Source: an uncultured Bacteroidales bacterium (GTDB lineage Bacteria > Bacteroidota > Bacteroidia > Bacteroidales > GCA-2748055). From it: 64,000 bases of DNA. Location: positions 197,029 through 261,028 of the forward strand of contig CAVYRO010000008.1 in assembly GCA_963771005.1 (NCBI GenBank). The letters run 5' to 3'. Made by a program: the position numbers and the translations under genes. Positions 36,554 to 48,763 of the stretch are shown here, piece by piece (positions within the stretch are counted from its first letter, which is position 1; every line of letters begins with the position of its first letter). Below the pieces are notes generated by a model that did not search any database, was not told the origin of the DNA, and was given only the letters and a program-made list of their open reading frames with translations.

Positions 36554-39001
36554 ATGACAGAAAGCACGAGTAGACCATTTCTCACCCTCCTAAGTTTTCT
36601 TACTCTGGTTCTCAACAACTCTTCACTTGCCCAAAAGCAAGACCCGGATACATTTTCCGGAATAAAAATGCAATGCGAAGATCTCTATCATGGGGCAGGC
36701 GCCCCCGATAGCCTGGTACAACCCATTGTCGATGCCGCGAATTCGAGGTGGTTATTCTTTTCCTCTGCCTGCAGGCCCTTCGGAATGGTCAATCTTAGTC
36801 CGGATATGGCTGTTGATGGCGCCTGGAATTCCGGATACCGGTATAATGAGGATACAATACTTTTTTTCAGCCATATCCATGCCTGGCAGATGTCGGGAAT
36901 ACCGGTCATGCCCGTAACCGGCCGTTTCAAAGGTCAGTTGGGTCCTCACGTATACGGGTCCCTGTACTCCCACGATAATGAATTTATCCGGCCCGGTTAT
37001 CATGCCGTTTATCTCAAAAGCTACGGTATATGGGCTGAACTCACTTCCACGACGAGGGTGGGATTTCACCGCTATACCTTCCCTGCCGGGGGTGACAGGT
37101 ACATTCTGCTCGACCTGGGAACCCTGCTGGGTCCCTCCGGAACAAAGGAAGGACTGGCCAGGATGACCAGCCGGAAGGAGATCGAAGGCTATGCCGTCAT
37201 GGAGAAGACCAGCCGCCGGCCCAAACCGCTGAAAGTTTACTATGTTATGCAGTTTGATACCCCGTTTGAGAGCATGGCTGCCTGGCAGAATGGCAGGATC
37301 CTCGGCACGGTGGAGAATTTTACGGGTCCGGATGGTGGCGTTTTTATGAAAATTCCTTCGACCGGTAAAAATACCGTTCTCATGAAGGTGGGTATATCCT
37401 ATACCGGCATTGAAGCCGCCCGTGAAAATATCCGGGCCGAATTGCCGGGGTGGAACTTTGACGCGGCCGTGCATGATTCATACCGCGAATGGAATGATTA
37501 CCTCGGCCGTATTGAGGTCAGGGGAGGTACATTCATTCAGCGAAGGCGTTTTTATACCGATCTCTGGCATGCCTTGCAGGGTAGAAGGATCATCAGTGAT
37601 GTGAAAGGAACCTACCCGGACAATACGGGACCCGAAACACGTACCGGTCAGATTCCCCCGGGAAAGGACGGAAAACCCGCCTTCAATCATTTCAATTCGG
37701 ATTCCTTCTGGGGTGCCCAATGGACGCTTAACACGCTATGGGATCTTGTATATCCGGAGATCACGGAGCAGTTTATCAGGTCCATGTTACGGATGTACGA
37801 CGACGGAGGACTAATCCCCCGCGGCCCTTCCGGTGGAAATTATACTTTCGTGATGACCGGCGCCTCAAGCACGCCTTTTATCGTGAGCGCCTGGATGAAG
37901 GGGATCCGCGGATTCGATGGAGAGAAAGCGTACGAAGGAATGCGGAAGAATGCCTTCCCCGGCGGACTGATGAGCAAGGCAGGTTATGAGCATAAAACGT
38001 ATCGGGGCGGTGGAATAGAATATTACATAGAGAAAGGATATGTTCCCTATCCCCTGGGAGATAAAACCTGGGGAGCTCACCAGGACGGTGCCGGTCAGAC
38101 CCTCGAATATGCCTACCAGGACTGGTGCCTCGCGCAGATGGCCCGGGCACTCGGTAAGGAAGAAGATTACCGGCTCTTCATGGAACGGGCGACGAACTAT
38201 AAAAATCTTTATGACCCGGGATCGGGCTGGATGCGGCCCAGAAACAGGGACGGCAACTGGTTTGAACCTTTTGATCCCCTGGCTGTCGATGAAGGTTTTG
38301 TGGAATCCAATGCAGCACAGGCCACCTGGTTCGTTCCCCATGATGTCAAAGGCCTGGCCGGTCTGATGGGAGGAAGGGACAGCCTTGTACAAAAACTCGA
38401 CCGTTCGTTCCGGATCTCGGAACAAACCGATTTTCATGAGAAAAAATTTAACACCGATGATCCCTTTGTAAAAGCGGAAAGGGCGCGGACATATATAAAT
38501 TACGGGAATCAGCCATCCATGGAAGTGGCATTTATCTTCAACTATGCAGGCGCCCCCTGGCTGACGCAATATTGGTCAAGGGAAGTGGTCAACCGGATCT
38601 ATTCGGACCTCACGCCTGAGAAAGGGTATAACGGCGACGAAGACCAGGGGCTCATGGGGTCGCTGGCCGTGCTGATGAAGATCGGGCTTTTCGACCTCCA
38701 GGGGGGCGCGGCACTCAATCCGGTTTATGAGATCGGCAGCCCGCTTTTTAACGAAGTGGTTATTCACCTCGATCCGCATTTTTATCCCGGGAAGACCTTT
38801 ACGATCACCGCCAGGGATAACAGCGACGGTAACCGGTTTATACAAAACGCCGAGCTTAACGGAAAGCCGCTGGAAAAATGCTGGTTTATACATGATGACA
38901 TTGTTTCAGGGGGCCGGCTCATCCTGCAAATGGGTGCTGTCCCCGACAAAAATTGGGGAAGCGCTCCCGGTGACGCTCCTCCCTCGATGTCGGATCAGTA
39001 A
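36554..39001 (+). CDS. GH92-like glycoside hydrolase (divergent alpha-mannosidase family member)
   Basis: 815-aa intact ORF with signal peptide. Motifs are RPFGMVNLSPD, GYRYNEDTILFFSHIH..SG, and C-terminal YNGDEDQGLMGS resembling the GH92 acid/base region. Confidence 0.6.
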   Translation: MTESTSRPFLTLLSFLTLVLNNSSLAQKQDPDTFSGIKMQCEDLYHGAGAPDSLVQPIVDAANSRWLFFSSACRPFGMVNLSPDMAVDGAWNSGYRYNEDTILFFSHIHAWQMSGIPVMPVTGRFKGQLGPHVYGSLYSHDNEFIRPGYHAVYLKSYGIWAELTSTTRVGFHRYTFPAGGDRYILLDLGTLLGPSGTKEGLARMTSRKEIEGYAVMEKTSRRPKPLKVYYVMQFDTPFESMAAWQNGRILGTVENFTGPDGGVFMKIPSTGKNTVLMKVGISYTGIEAARENIRAELPGWNFDAAVHDSYREWNDYLGRIEVRGGTFIQRRRFYTDLWHALQGRRIISDVKGTYPDNTGPETRTGQIPPGKDGKPAFNHFNSDSFWGAQWTLNTLWDLVYPEITEQFIRSMLRMYDDGGLIPRGPSGGNYTFVMTGASSTPFIVSAWMKGIRGFDGEKAYEGMRKNAFPGGLMSKAGYEHKTYRGGGIEYYIEKGYVPYPLGDKTWGAHQDGAGQTLEYAYQDWCLAQMARALGKEEDYRLFMERATNYKNLYDPGSGWMRPRNRDGNWFEPFDPLAVDEGFVESNAAQATWFVPHDVKGLAGLMGGRDSLVQKLDRSFRISEQTDFHEKKFNTDDPFVKAERARTYINYGNQPSMEVAFIFNYAGAPWLTQYWSREVVNRIYSDLTPEKGYNGDEDQGLMGSLAVLMKIGLFDLQGGAALNPVYEIGSPLFNEVVIHLDPHFYPGKTFTITARDNSDGNRFIQNAELNGKPLEKCWFIHDDIVSGGRLILQMGAVPDKNWGSAPGDAPPSMSDQ

Positions 39002-39132
39002 GTGATTCGCAACCTTATGATCAATTTGTTCTGTTGCCGGTATAAATGGAACATTCCGAAGGATTGCTGCAGTAAATTTCAAATACAGGTCACTCCCGGA
39101 CCGGCCGGGATGGGATTATAAAAGTAAATGGA

Positions 39133-39879
39133 ATGATCATTACCCATATCCTTACTATGTTCTTCCTTTATCAGCTAAATGGATCCCCGGTTGGGGATAC
39201 CGTGAAACAACCGGGCGACGGGGAACCGCAAAAAGGAAAATTGATCTATGAGAACCCTTTTTCGGGGCCTGATGATGTAAAGGAATGGATAATGGAAGGA
39301 CCGGGCGAGCTAAAGTTCCGGGGCGGATGGATGGAAATGTTCTCCCGGCAACCCCTGTGGGATCATGTTTTCTGGTGCCCGCAGGATTTCCCGGCTTCCT
39401 TTGTGGCTGAATGGGAAGCCCGGAACATGCAGCCCGACAGCGGGCTGCTCATTATTTTTTTCGCGGCAAAGGGTGATTCGGGACAGGATATTTTTGCACC
39501 CGGTATGCCGGAACGGGACGGCACCTTCCGGTATTATAACCGGGGACGTATCGCCTGCTATCATATCTCCTACTATGCAAACAACCCGAAAAATCCGGAA
39601 AGAAACGATTCACACCTGCGAAAGGACCCGATGTTTGCCCTCCTGCAGACGGGACCGCCGGGAATTCCTAAAAATTCGACGGCGATCCACAAAATGCGGC
39701 TTATAAAAGATAAAGGACATATCCTGATGTTCGTGGACGGGAGGAAGATCATCGATGTTACCGATGACGGATCAAAAAACGGCCCGGTTTATGGCAGCGG
39801 GAAGATCGGCTTCCGCCAGATGCGGTGGTCGCATTTCGGTTATCGGAATTTCAGGGTCTGGGAATTGAAAAAACCATGA
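39133..39879 (+). CDS. DUF1961 (YesU-like, concanavalin-type) protein
   Basis: 248-aa ORF. The pattern WIMEGPGELKFRGGWMEMFS...FWCPQDFPASFVAEWE...GKIGFRQMRWSHFGYRNFRVWEL is recalled from DUF1961 proteins of pectin/rhamnogalacturonan loci. Family assignment is from memory. Confidence 0.5.
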   Translation: MIITHILTMFFLYQLNGSPVGDTVKQPGDGEPQKGKLIYENPFSGPDDVKEWIMEGPGELKFRGGWMEMFSRQPLWDHVFWCPQDFPASFVAEWEARNMQPDSGLLIIFFAAKGDSGQDIFAPGMPERDGTFRYYNRGRIACYHISYYANNPKNPERNDSHLRKDPMFALLQTGPPGIPKNSTAIHKMRLIKDKGHILMFVDGRKIIDVTDDGSKNGPVYGSGKIGFRQMRWSHFGYRNFRVWELKKP

Positions 39880-39933
39880 TGATATGCATATTCAACATAA
39901 AACAGCATAGAAAAATGAAGGGTATTAAATACA

Positions 39934-41331
39934 ATGGCCTTGCTGCTTCTTTCGTGCATCCGGCTAAGCAGCGCCCAGTCTTCGGAGAAACCGAATTTTA
40001 TATTTATCCTGACGGATGACCTGGGATGGACGGGCACATCTTCAATGATGGATCCCCGCTATCCGGCTTCGCGAAGTGATTACCACGAGACCCCGAATAT
40101 CGACCGCCTGGGGAATGAAGGCATGAGATTCACCAACGGGTATGCCCCGGCAGCCATCTGTTCTCCTTCGCGCAGGGCCATACAGTACGGGCAGACACCG
40201 CTAAGGGAGGGAGATATTACCTTCCCGGAAAGATATGATCCCCATTCTCATGCCTGGCTGACAATTCCCGGGATGCTCAAGGCAGCCGATCCCTCCTACA
40301 GGGCTGCCCATTATGGGAAATGGGACCTCAGGGCAGGGATTTTTCCGGAAGACCTGGGTTATGACGAGAGTGACGGAAATACGGGCAACAGGAACGGGGA
40401 TGTCATGTCGGATAAATCCACCAAATGGACGGCCGTTTATCTGAACAATGATCCGAAAAGAATTGAGACGCTCACAGGTAGAGCCGTCAATTTTATTGAA
40501 AGGCAGGTCCGGGACGGGAATCCTTTTTACCTGCAGGTATCTCATTATGCAACGCATGTTGATTTTCAGACGAGGGAAAACACCTATCAAAAGTACCTTA
40601 AGAAGGAAAAGGGCGAAATCCATGACCATGCCGCATTCGCAGGTATGCTCGAAAACCTGGACGATGGCATAGGACGTATTCTCGATGAAGTGGAGAAGCT
40701 GGGAATTTCAGCCAACACTTTCATCATCCTCATGGCGGATAACGGGGGCGTGGAATTCATCCCTCCGGTAAGGAACAGGCTGGATCCTCCCTCGAAGTTC
40801 AGCCGGAAAATGAGGAATTATCCGCTCAGGGGCGGAAAATGGGTTCTTTACGAAGGGGGGATCCGTGTTCCCTTTATGGTGAAAGGACCGGGCATACCCG
40901 CGGGAAGCTATTGCAATAAGGCAGTGACAGGCTGCGACATTCTTCCAACGCTGGCCGTACTCGCAGGGTATCCTTCGCCTCTCCCCGCTTATGTGGATGG
41001 CGGCAACATTGCACCGCTCTTCTCGGATCCTGAAAACAATACGGTGAAGAGGGAACATCCTGAATTATTCTTCTACAGGTACAACAAAGGGTATCCCCAT
41101 GAGGCTGTTATCCGCGACGACCTTAAACTAATCCGGTTCCTGAAGACGGGAAAGAGCGAACTTTATAATATTTCGGAGGACGTGGGAGAGACCAACGATC
41201 TCTCGGAGAAAATGCCTGCTAAAGTGTTGGAACTTCAGCATGAGCTCGATGATTATATGAAGGAAGTAGATGCCGAGGCGATCCGGAATTCATCCGGAAA
41301 CGAAAAGAAAGACAACGATGATGATGATTAG
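39934..41331 (+). CDS. Formylglycine-dependent sulfatase (S1 family)
   Basis: 465-aa intact ORF with signal peptide. Motifs are PNFIFILTDDLGW and CSPSRRAIQYG (CxPxR). Confidence 0.85.
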   Translation: MALLLLSCIRLSSAQSSEKPNFIFILTDDLGWTGTSSMMDPRYPASRSDYHETPNIDRLGNEGMRFTNGYAPAAICSPSRRAIQYGQTPLREGDITFPERYDPHSHAWLTIPGMLKAADPSYRAAHYGKWDLRAGIFPEDLGYDESDGNTGNRNGDVMSDKSTKWTAVYLNNDPKRIETLTGRAVNFIERQVRDGNPFYLQVSHYATHVDFQTRENTYQKYLKKEKGEIHDHAAFAGMLENLDDGIGRILDEVEKLGISANTFIILMADNGGVEFIPPVRNRLDPPSKFSRKMRNYPLRGGKWVLYEGGIRVPFMVKGPGIPAGSYCNKAVTGCDILPTLAVLAGYPSPLPAYVDGGNIAPLFSDPENNTVKREHPELFFYRYNKGYPHEAVIRDDLKLIRFLKTGKSELYNISEDVGETNDLSEKMPAKVLELQHELDDYMKEVDAEAIRNSSGNEKKDNDDDD

Positions 41332-43918
41332 AAAACTTGCATTAATGGTGATCCTTTCTTTCAGTAGCGTGATTCACCCGGAAAAACAGGTCAATCCTGC
41401 CGCCTTTCCGGGTGATTACCCCGTTCTGCATCCAAAATTCAGGCAATGGGCTGCCCCTTCCGCGGGCGAAAAAGTCCGTTTCAATCCCCCTGCCCTGCTA
41501 TGGCCTGCGGCGAAAGGAAAAAGTGTGACCTACGAGGTAAGACTTTCCCCGCGAAAGGATTTCACCGGACCGGGGCTTATCCGGGCAGAAGGAATATCAA
41601 TGGCCGTTTTCAACCCTCACATGATGCTTTCACAAGGGTACTGGTATTGGCAATACCGGGTATCCAGCCGGACAATGGTCGGAGGTGAATGAATTCATGG
41701 TTTCTCCGGATGCGATCGGCTTTGCCTCTCCCCCGCCGGAAACCTTGCTTTCAAATATACCGCGGCATCACCCGAGAGTTTTAGCCGGCCTTGACAGTCT
41801 CAATGTTTTTCGTAAGTCTACAGTCGCCTTGCCCGACGCACAGGTCATCATCCGTGAAGCCGGTGAGCTGCTGGGGGAACCCGTTATGAATGAATCGGAG
41901 GGCGAACGGGAGATCCGCGGAAAACGGGATTTCCGGGATAAGAAACTGGCGATGCGGGCCAGCATGAAAATCAGCAATTTCATGTACGGGGCCATCGATC
42001 ATTTCTGCAAGGCATGGATCCTCACCGGCGATAATAAATATGCCGGCGGTGCCATCCGTTTTGGGATGGAAGTGGCATCATGGGATCCGGAAGGTCTGAC
42101 GGCGTTGAGCGATTTCGGTGATGCAAGGTGCATGCTTGCCACGGCGCTCGTATTTGACACCTTTCATGACAGGCTTACCGCCAGATCAGCGATCTGCACT
42201 TGTTAAAGCCACAAAGGCCAGGGCTGACAGGATCTATGCATCCTGGGTAAACTACATCGATCCGAAGATATTATCGAACCATGTATGGCAGTATATCCTG
42301 GATTATTTCTATCAATCGGCCCTCGCCCTGTACGGGGAAACTGACGATGCAGGAAAATGGCTGACTTATGCGTACGAGCTGTGGTTTGCCAGGGCTCCTG
42401 TTCTCGGGGGCAGAGACGGGGCCTGGGTCAATGGTTTTTCCTATTTCCGTCTTAACATGGAAACCCTTCTTGACATCCCGGCAAGCATAAAGAATTACAC
42501 CGGGTTTGATTTATGCAGGCAGGCATCCCTGGTACCGGGATAATGTGAAATGGCTGATCTATGGTTTCCCGCCGGGGTCCTCAAGTGACGGGTTCGGAGA
42601 TAATTGTGAAGAACTTTTCGCCCCCGGGCAGGAATACCTGGCCTGGGCCGATGCCCTCAGCAAGCTGACGGGCAGCGGGGCAGCTTCATGGTATGTCTCT
42701 GAAATCGCCGAATGACCGGGGACTTCAGCTGCAGGATGCCGGGATGCTGAGGTGGTTCAGACTGAAATATCTCCGGGAAAATGAAGCTGCCGCACCCGAA
42801 AAGCCCGGGAACTGGCCATTGTCAAAAGCCTTTTACGATGCCGGAGTGGTGGAAATGCATACCGATCTTGGCAAATACGCCCCGCGACCTGATGGTAGCC
42901 ATGCGTTCCAGTCCGTATGGGGCTTACGGCCATATGCTGGCCGATCAGAATACCTTCCAGATCCTGTACGGCGGAAAACGGCTTTTTTATAATTCAGGCT
43001 TTAAGATCGATATGAAAGATCCCCACAGGCTGGGCTGGTACAAGCATACCCGGGGCCATAACGGCATCCTCGTCGATAACCTGGGCCAGCCTTTTGATAC
43101 GGAAGCTTATGGCTATATCGCCCGTTTTATCAACGGCAAAGCAATGTCGTTTGCCCTGGGAGATGCCTCGCAGGCTTACAGCAGCGCCGAAGAGGACCAG
43201 GATGCAGGATTGAAAAAATTCCGCCGCTATATCCTTCTGCTCAGGCCGGATATCGTAATTGTTTATGATGACCTGGAGGCTGATCACCGTGCAGACTGGG
43301 AATGGCTCGTTCACAGCCCGGGAAAGATCATTCCGGATACGGCAGTAAATACCTTTTCAGCCGGCAACGAAGAGGTATCATCAAAAACGTACTTTTATGC
43401 TTCGGGACCTGTCCGTTGGTCTCTTGCCGATACCTTCGCCATCGCGGCAACGAACTGGGCAGGAAAAACGGACGAAGAGGGCGAACCCGTTCATTATGAG
43501 AATACCCAGGTTCATCTTTCGGCAGGAACAATCCATAAATCGGAAAAAATGCGTTTTCTGGCTGTTTTCATGATCGGTCCCGGCAGGCCCCCTGGGAACG
43601 GGACGGTGAGCCATAATGAAAGGATCCGGGGTGTTTCAGACCGGCGACTGGATCATCAAGGCCGAAATGGACACTACCGTCGCTGCCCGGATCGGGGTCA
43701 CAAAGAGAGATGGTTCCGTTTATTTTTCTTCATCAGCCGACACTCTCCGTTACAACGGAAAATCGTATACGGGGTCCGAACCGGGGAGCTCAAAATTGGT
43801 GGAAAATAATGACGGAAAGTATCTCCTTTTCAGAATGCGGGGAAAAAATCCCTGCAGTGGTGAAAGAAATCCCTCCCCGGTATACAACGGGGGTCAACAG
43901 GAAGGAGGAATGATATGA
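41318..43918 (+). CDS. Heparinase II/III-like polysaccharide lyase family protein with DUF4962-type N-terminus; 5 or more frame breaks
   Basis: Collinear track ORFs are 41270-41692, 41685-42206, 42118-42543, 42506-42715, 42693-42992, 42781-43809 and 43616-43918. The N-terminus is MMMIRKLALMVILSF...RFNPPALLWPAAKGKSVTYEVRLS. The C-terminal-domain motif is WYKHTRGHNGILVDNLGQ. The start overlaps the upstream sulfatase stop. Confidence 0.6.
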
Positions 43919-45506
43919 AGAAATCAATGAAACAAAAGCTCCTGGTTCTGGGTGGGATCAGCGTTATCCTTGGCGGTTGCGATCCGGTAAGATCCGGCCA
44001 GGAAAATTATCCGCAGCCCAATATCCTTTTTGCCATCTCCGATGATCAGTCATACCCTTACTGTTCAGCCTATGGAACCGGAGGGGTGAGTACACCGGCT
44101 TTCGACCAGGTAGCCCGGAGCGGCATCCTCTTTAACAATGCTTATGTGGCAGCTCCCCAATGCAGCCCCTCGCGTGCTGCAATACTTACCGGGCTTAATA
44201 TATGGCAGCTCGAGGAAGCAGGTACTCATAGCAGTTATTTCCCCAAAAAATTTCCGGTCTTCACCGACTTGCTTGAACAGAACGGGTATAAGATCGGTTA
44301 CACCGGGAAAGGATGGGCACCCGGTAACTGGAAGGATGCCGGGTGGAGCCGGAATCCGGCAGGCCCGGAATATAACGGCAGTAAATTCGATTCGGTCCCC
44401 GCCGCCGGTATCAGTCCGGTTAACTATTTTGCCAATTTTAAGAAATTTTACCAGGAAAAAACGGAAGGCCAGCCCTTCTTCTTCTGGTACGGGGGACATG
44501 AGCCGCACCGCGCCTATGAGGCCGGATCGGGAAAAGGCACGGGAATAAAATATAACCTTCCTCCCGGGTTTTCTTCCTGAGGATTCCCTGGTTCTCAGCG
44601 ATATCGATGATTATGTCTTTGAGATCGAATGGTTTGACAAACAACTTGGTAAAATGCTGGACTTCCTCCGTGAAAAAGGTGAACTGAATAATACGGTCGT
44701 AGTTGTCACCTCCGATAACGGGATGCCCTTTCCTTCCGCCAAGGCCAACCTCATGGAATTCGGTACGCATGTACCGCTGGCCATAAGCTGGCCGCAAGAG
44801 ATCAAACCGGGCCAGGAACGTGATCAGCTGGTCAGTATGATCGATCTCGCTCCGACTTTCCTTGACCTGGGGGGCGTTAAAGATGATTCCCGAGATGACC
44901 GGGAAAAGTCTTGAGGATCTTCTCATGCCGGAGAATGATAAACCGGTCCCTGCGCATCGTTCCTATATCCTTACGGGCAGGGAGAGGCATACCCATGCCC
45001 GGCCCGATAATCTCGGGTACCCGGCAAGGGCCATCCGCGATAAGAAATTCCTGTACATCGAGAACCTTAAACCTTATCTCTGGCCTGCAGGTGATCCCCC
45101 GCCTCATTTTGAAGGAAAGGAAGTGGTGCCTCCCGGATATAAAGAAATCGGTGAAGGATACAATGATATTGATGATGGTCCTACCAAGACCTGGCTTATC
45201 GATAACCGGGATGAATGGCCTGAATATTTTGAGGAAGGATATGCAAAACGTCCTGCGGAACAGTTGTACGATCTTATGAATGATCCTTCCTGTATGCATA
45301 ATCTCGCCGGGGAAAGCGACTTCGATTCCATCCGGACCACTCTCAAATCAACGCTTGAGGAAAAATTAACAAGACAGGGCGACCCCAGGATGCTCGGATA
45401 CGGGGATATTTTCGACAGCTACCCCAGGTTCGCTCCCATGCGGAATTTTCCCGGTTTCAAAAAACGCGGAGAGTATAATCCTGAATTCCAAATCAAAAAT
45501 GAATAA
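43915..45506 (+). CDS. Formylglycine-dependent sulfatase; 2 frame breaks
   Basis: Pieces are 43915-44580, 44654-44914 and 44862-45506. Motifs are PNILFAISDDQSYPY, CSPSRAAILTG and VVVTSDNGMPFP. Confidence 0.8.
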
Positions 45507-47031
45507 GAACATCCTGCTTCCGGTAATGTTTTTGCTCGGGTCGCATGTCCCCGACAAACCTCCGGTAAAAAAGATACCGGTCATCATCATTATGTCGGAT
45601 CAACTGAGGTATGATGCCTTAGGCAAATTCACTCCGAATATCAATTCCCTGAAGGAGGAGGGTATTACCTTTAACAATGCTTACTGTGCCTGCCCTCTTT
45701 GTGCCCCTTCCCGGGGGTCGTTTTTCACAGGCCTTTATCCGGACAATTCGGGTTCCCTCATCAATGGATGGGCCAAAGAAGATGAACATTACCGGGATGT
45801 GAAAGCCGGGACTCCCAATCTTTACCAGGCAATGGAAGGCATATGGGACAGCCGGCATATCGGGAAACAACATTTCTTCACTGCTGACCGGATCGACCAG
45901 GATCCTGGCTCCCGTACCCGCTGGATCACGAAAAAGGATTACCACAAATGGCTGAAAAAGCAAAATATTCCCGCACCCGGCGGCAGGGAGTATTCCGATA
46001 AGGCTCCGGAGCTTATCTCTGAGGATTTCACCCGGCTGAAATCCTATTCCATCCCCGAAACAGGGATATACAAACCGGGTATCGAATACTATTTCGATCA
46101 TTATATTGCCGGGAAGGCGGTTGATGCGATCCATGAAAAAAGGGAAAATGACAAACCCTTGCTGATCAACGCCATGTTCCTCGCACCACATCCACCCTTG
46201 TCGGTTCCCGAGCCGTATTTCAGCAGGATTAAACAGGACGAACTGGATATCCCTGAAAATGTGGGGGTCTGGTATGACGGGCAGTCACCGCTCCAGATGT
46301 ATAATCTTACCGGTTTCTTCGGATCGCGTTACTCCAGGAAGGAATGGTCAGCCATCTGGCCGAAATACATGGGGCTGGTCAGCCTGCTCGACGATGAGGT
46401 GGGAAGAATACTTCAGGCCTTGAAAAATGAAGGATTGTATGATAAGGCGCTGATCATCTTTACGGCCGACCACGGCGAAATGCTGGGCAGTCATTCCTTA
46501 TGGCAGAAGATGTGCATGTACGAGGAATCGGTCCGCGTGCCGCTCATCATCAAATTTCCTTCGGATTTCAGTCCTGCCATTCATAGATCTGATGAATTGG
46601 TGAGTCTCATCGATATCTGGCCCACCCTGAAAGATTACCTCGGTCTCGAAGTCCCCGGAACCACCGACGGCATCTCCCTCATGCCTCTTGTCAAAGGTCA
46701 GGAGGCGCCGAGGAAGAGGATCTTTATCCAGTATGACGGGAATGCCGCCTATGGCAATAACCAGCGATGCGTGGTGGAAGGAAAACGTAAACTTATTGTG
46801 GACACCTTTAAGGATGAGGTATACCTGGAACTCTATGATGTAGGGAGCGATCCCCGGGAAAAAGTTAATCTTGCCCTTGATCCCGGAAACGGGGATATGG
46901 TGAAAGATCTTCTCGGCACGGTCCGTACATTCATGAGAGAAAATAACGATCGACTCGTTCTCCCCGCTTCGGTTTATGAAACTTTCATGAAAAATTATAC
47001 GCCTGCGGAAGATGAGGGCGGTGATGAATAG
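45499..47031 (+). CDS. Formylglycine-dependent sulfatase
   Basis: 510-aa intact ORF with VIIIMSDQLRYDALG, CAPSRGSFFTG and IIFTADHGEMLG. Confidence 0.85.
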   Translation: MNKNILLPVMFLLGSHVPDKPPVKKIPVIIIMSDQLRYDALGKFTPNINSLKEEGITFNNAYCACPLCAPSRGSFFTGLYPDNSGSLINGWAKEDEHYRDVKAGTPNLYQAMEGIWDSRHIGKQHFFTADRIDQDPGSRTRWITKKDYHKWLKKQNIPAPGGREYSDKAPELISEDFTRLKSYSIPETGIYKPGIEYYFDHYIAGKAVDAIHEKRENDKPLLINAMFLAPHPPLSVPEPYFSRIKQDELDIPENVGVWYDGQSPLQMYNLTGFFGSRYSRKEWSAIWPKYMGLVSLLDDEVGRILQALKNEGLYDKALIIFTADHGEMLGSHSLWQKMCMYEESVRVPLIIKFPSDFSPAIHRSDELVSLIDIWPTLKDYLGLEVPGTTDGISLMPLVKGQEAPRKRIFIQYDGNAAYGNNQRCVVEGKRKLIVDTFKDEVYLELYDVGSDPREKVNLALDPGNGDMVKDLLGTVRTFMRENNDRLVLPASVYETFMKNYTPAEDEGGDE

Positions 47032-47055
47032 ACGGATTAAAATAAAAGCGTGCTT

Positions 47056-48613
47056 ATGAACCTTGCAGTAAAAATAACCCTTCTTGCCGGGGCCGCAGTA
47101 TGGGGAGCCGGATGTGGCCGGGGAACCGGAGCTCAGCCATCAGGAGGATACACCCACGCGGCCGAATATCCTGATCATCCTGGCTGATGACCTGGGATAT
47201 GGGGATGTTTCGGCTTATAATCCGGGGGAAAAGATCAAGACACCCAACATTGACACTCTGGCTTCCCGGGGTATGCGGTTTACCGATGCCCATGCGCCAT
47301 CGTCGGTATGTACGCCCACCCGTTACAGCATTCTCACAGGCCGCTATTGCTGGCGAAGCCGTCTTCCCAAAAGTGTACTCAGGGGTTACGGCCGCGCTCT
47401 CATCCAAAAAGACAGGCCCACTATCGCCGGCATACTGAAAGAAAGGGGATACGAAACAGCAGTGATCGGCAAATGGCATCTCGGACTGGACTGGGTTGTT
47501 AAAAACGGGCGTGAAGACGCGCTTGAAGTGCCTGAAAATTCAGACAGCATAAGAGTGGTAACGGATATGGATCCGGATGCCATCGATTTCAGCCGTCCAC
47601 CGACCGACGGTCCGTTGACCCATGGTTTCGACTATTCCTATATCCTGCCGGCATCGCTGGATATGGAACCCTACTGTTACCTCAGGAACGACACGCTGAC
47701 AGCGCTTCCCACATCGCATACGCCCGGGAACGACCTGAATACCGGTTATACCGGGGCTTTCTGGCGGGCAGGGCTGATGGCTCCGGATTTCAAATTTCCG
47801 GAAGTCCTCCCGGCATTCACCTCGGATGCGGTAAAATATATCCATGACCATAGCGGGAGGGACAAACCCTGGTTCCTTTATTTTGCCATGACGGCCCCAC
47901 ACACTCCTTGGCTGCCTTCCAAAGAGTTCAAAGGATCGTCGGAAGCCGGTCAGTACGGTGATTTTGTGACCATGGTCGACGCCATGGTGGGAAAGGTGGC
48001 AGGGGCTTTGAAGGAGAGCGGACAGGAGGATAATACGCTGCTGATCTTCACCAGCGATAACGGCCCCTTTTGGAGGCCTGCATTTATTCAGAAATTCGAC
48101 CACCGTGCCGCCTATATCTATCGCGGCATGAAGGCCGATGCCTGGGACGGAGGGCACCGGATCCCGTTTATCGTCTGCTGGCCCGGGAAAGTGAAACCCG
48201 GTGCGAAAAGTGATGTAACCTTGACCCTCGCCGATATAATGGCCACGCTGATGGATGTCCAGGGGCTGGATCCGGAAAAAGCACCGGGAGAAGACAGCTA
48301 CAGCATACTTCCGGTACTGCTTGGCAAGTCGGACATTATCCGCGGGCAGGATGCCGTTGTGCATGAATCTTCACACGGACTTTTCGCCATCCGAAAAGGC
48401 AAATGGAAACTCATTGAAGGAAGGGGATCAGGCGGGTTCAGTGAACCTGTGACCTATGATCCCAAACCCGGGGAACCAAAAGGCCAGCTCTATGATATGG
48501 ATGCCGACCCGTCAGAGACCAATAACCTTTACCAGGATAAACCGGAAATTGTGAAAGAACTCCGGCGTGGACTTGACAGTATTAAAGAAATTAAGGAAAA
48601 TGAAAACCGGTAA
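47056..48613 (+). CDS. Formylglycine-dependent sulfatase (arylsulfatase-like); frame break just after the signal peptide
   Basis: ATG at 47056 gives MNLAVKITLLAGAAVWGAGC in one frame. The main ORF 47084-48613 has PNILIILADDLGYGD, CTPTRYSILTG and LIFTSDNGP. Confidence 0.8.
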
Positions 48614-48763
48614 TTGGACGGCTATCGCCAACCGGATGACCGGGTAGATACGAAACACAATCTGTGATAATCTGTGTAATCCGTGGTGAAAAAACCGAAT
48701 CTGGAAACATCCCGAAACCGGCTCCCGGAACTTACATACTAACAAAATTAAAAAATAATTCCC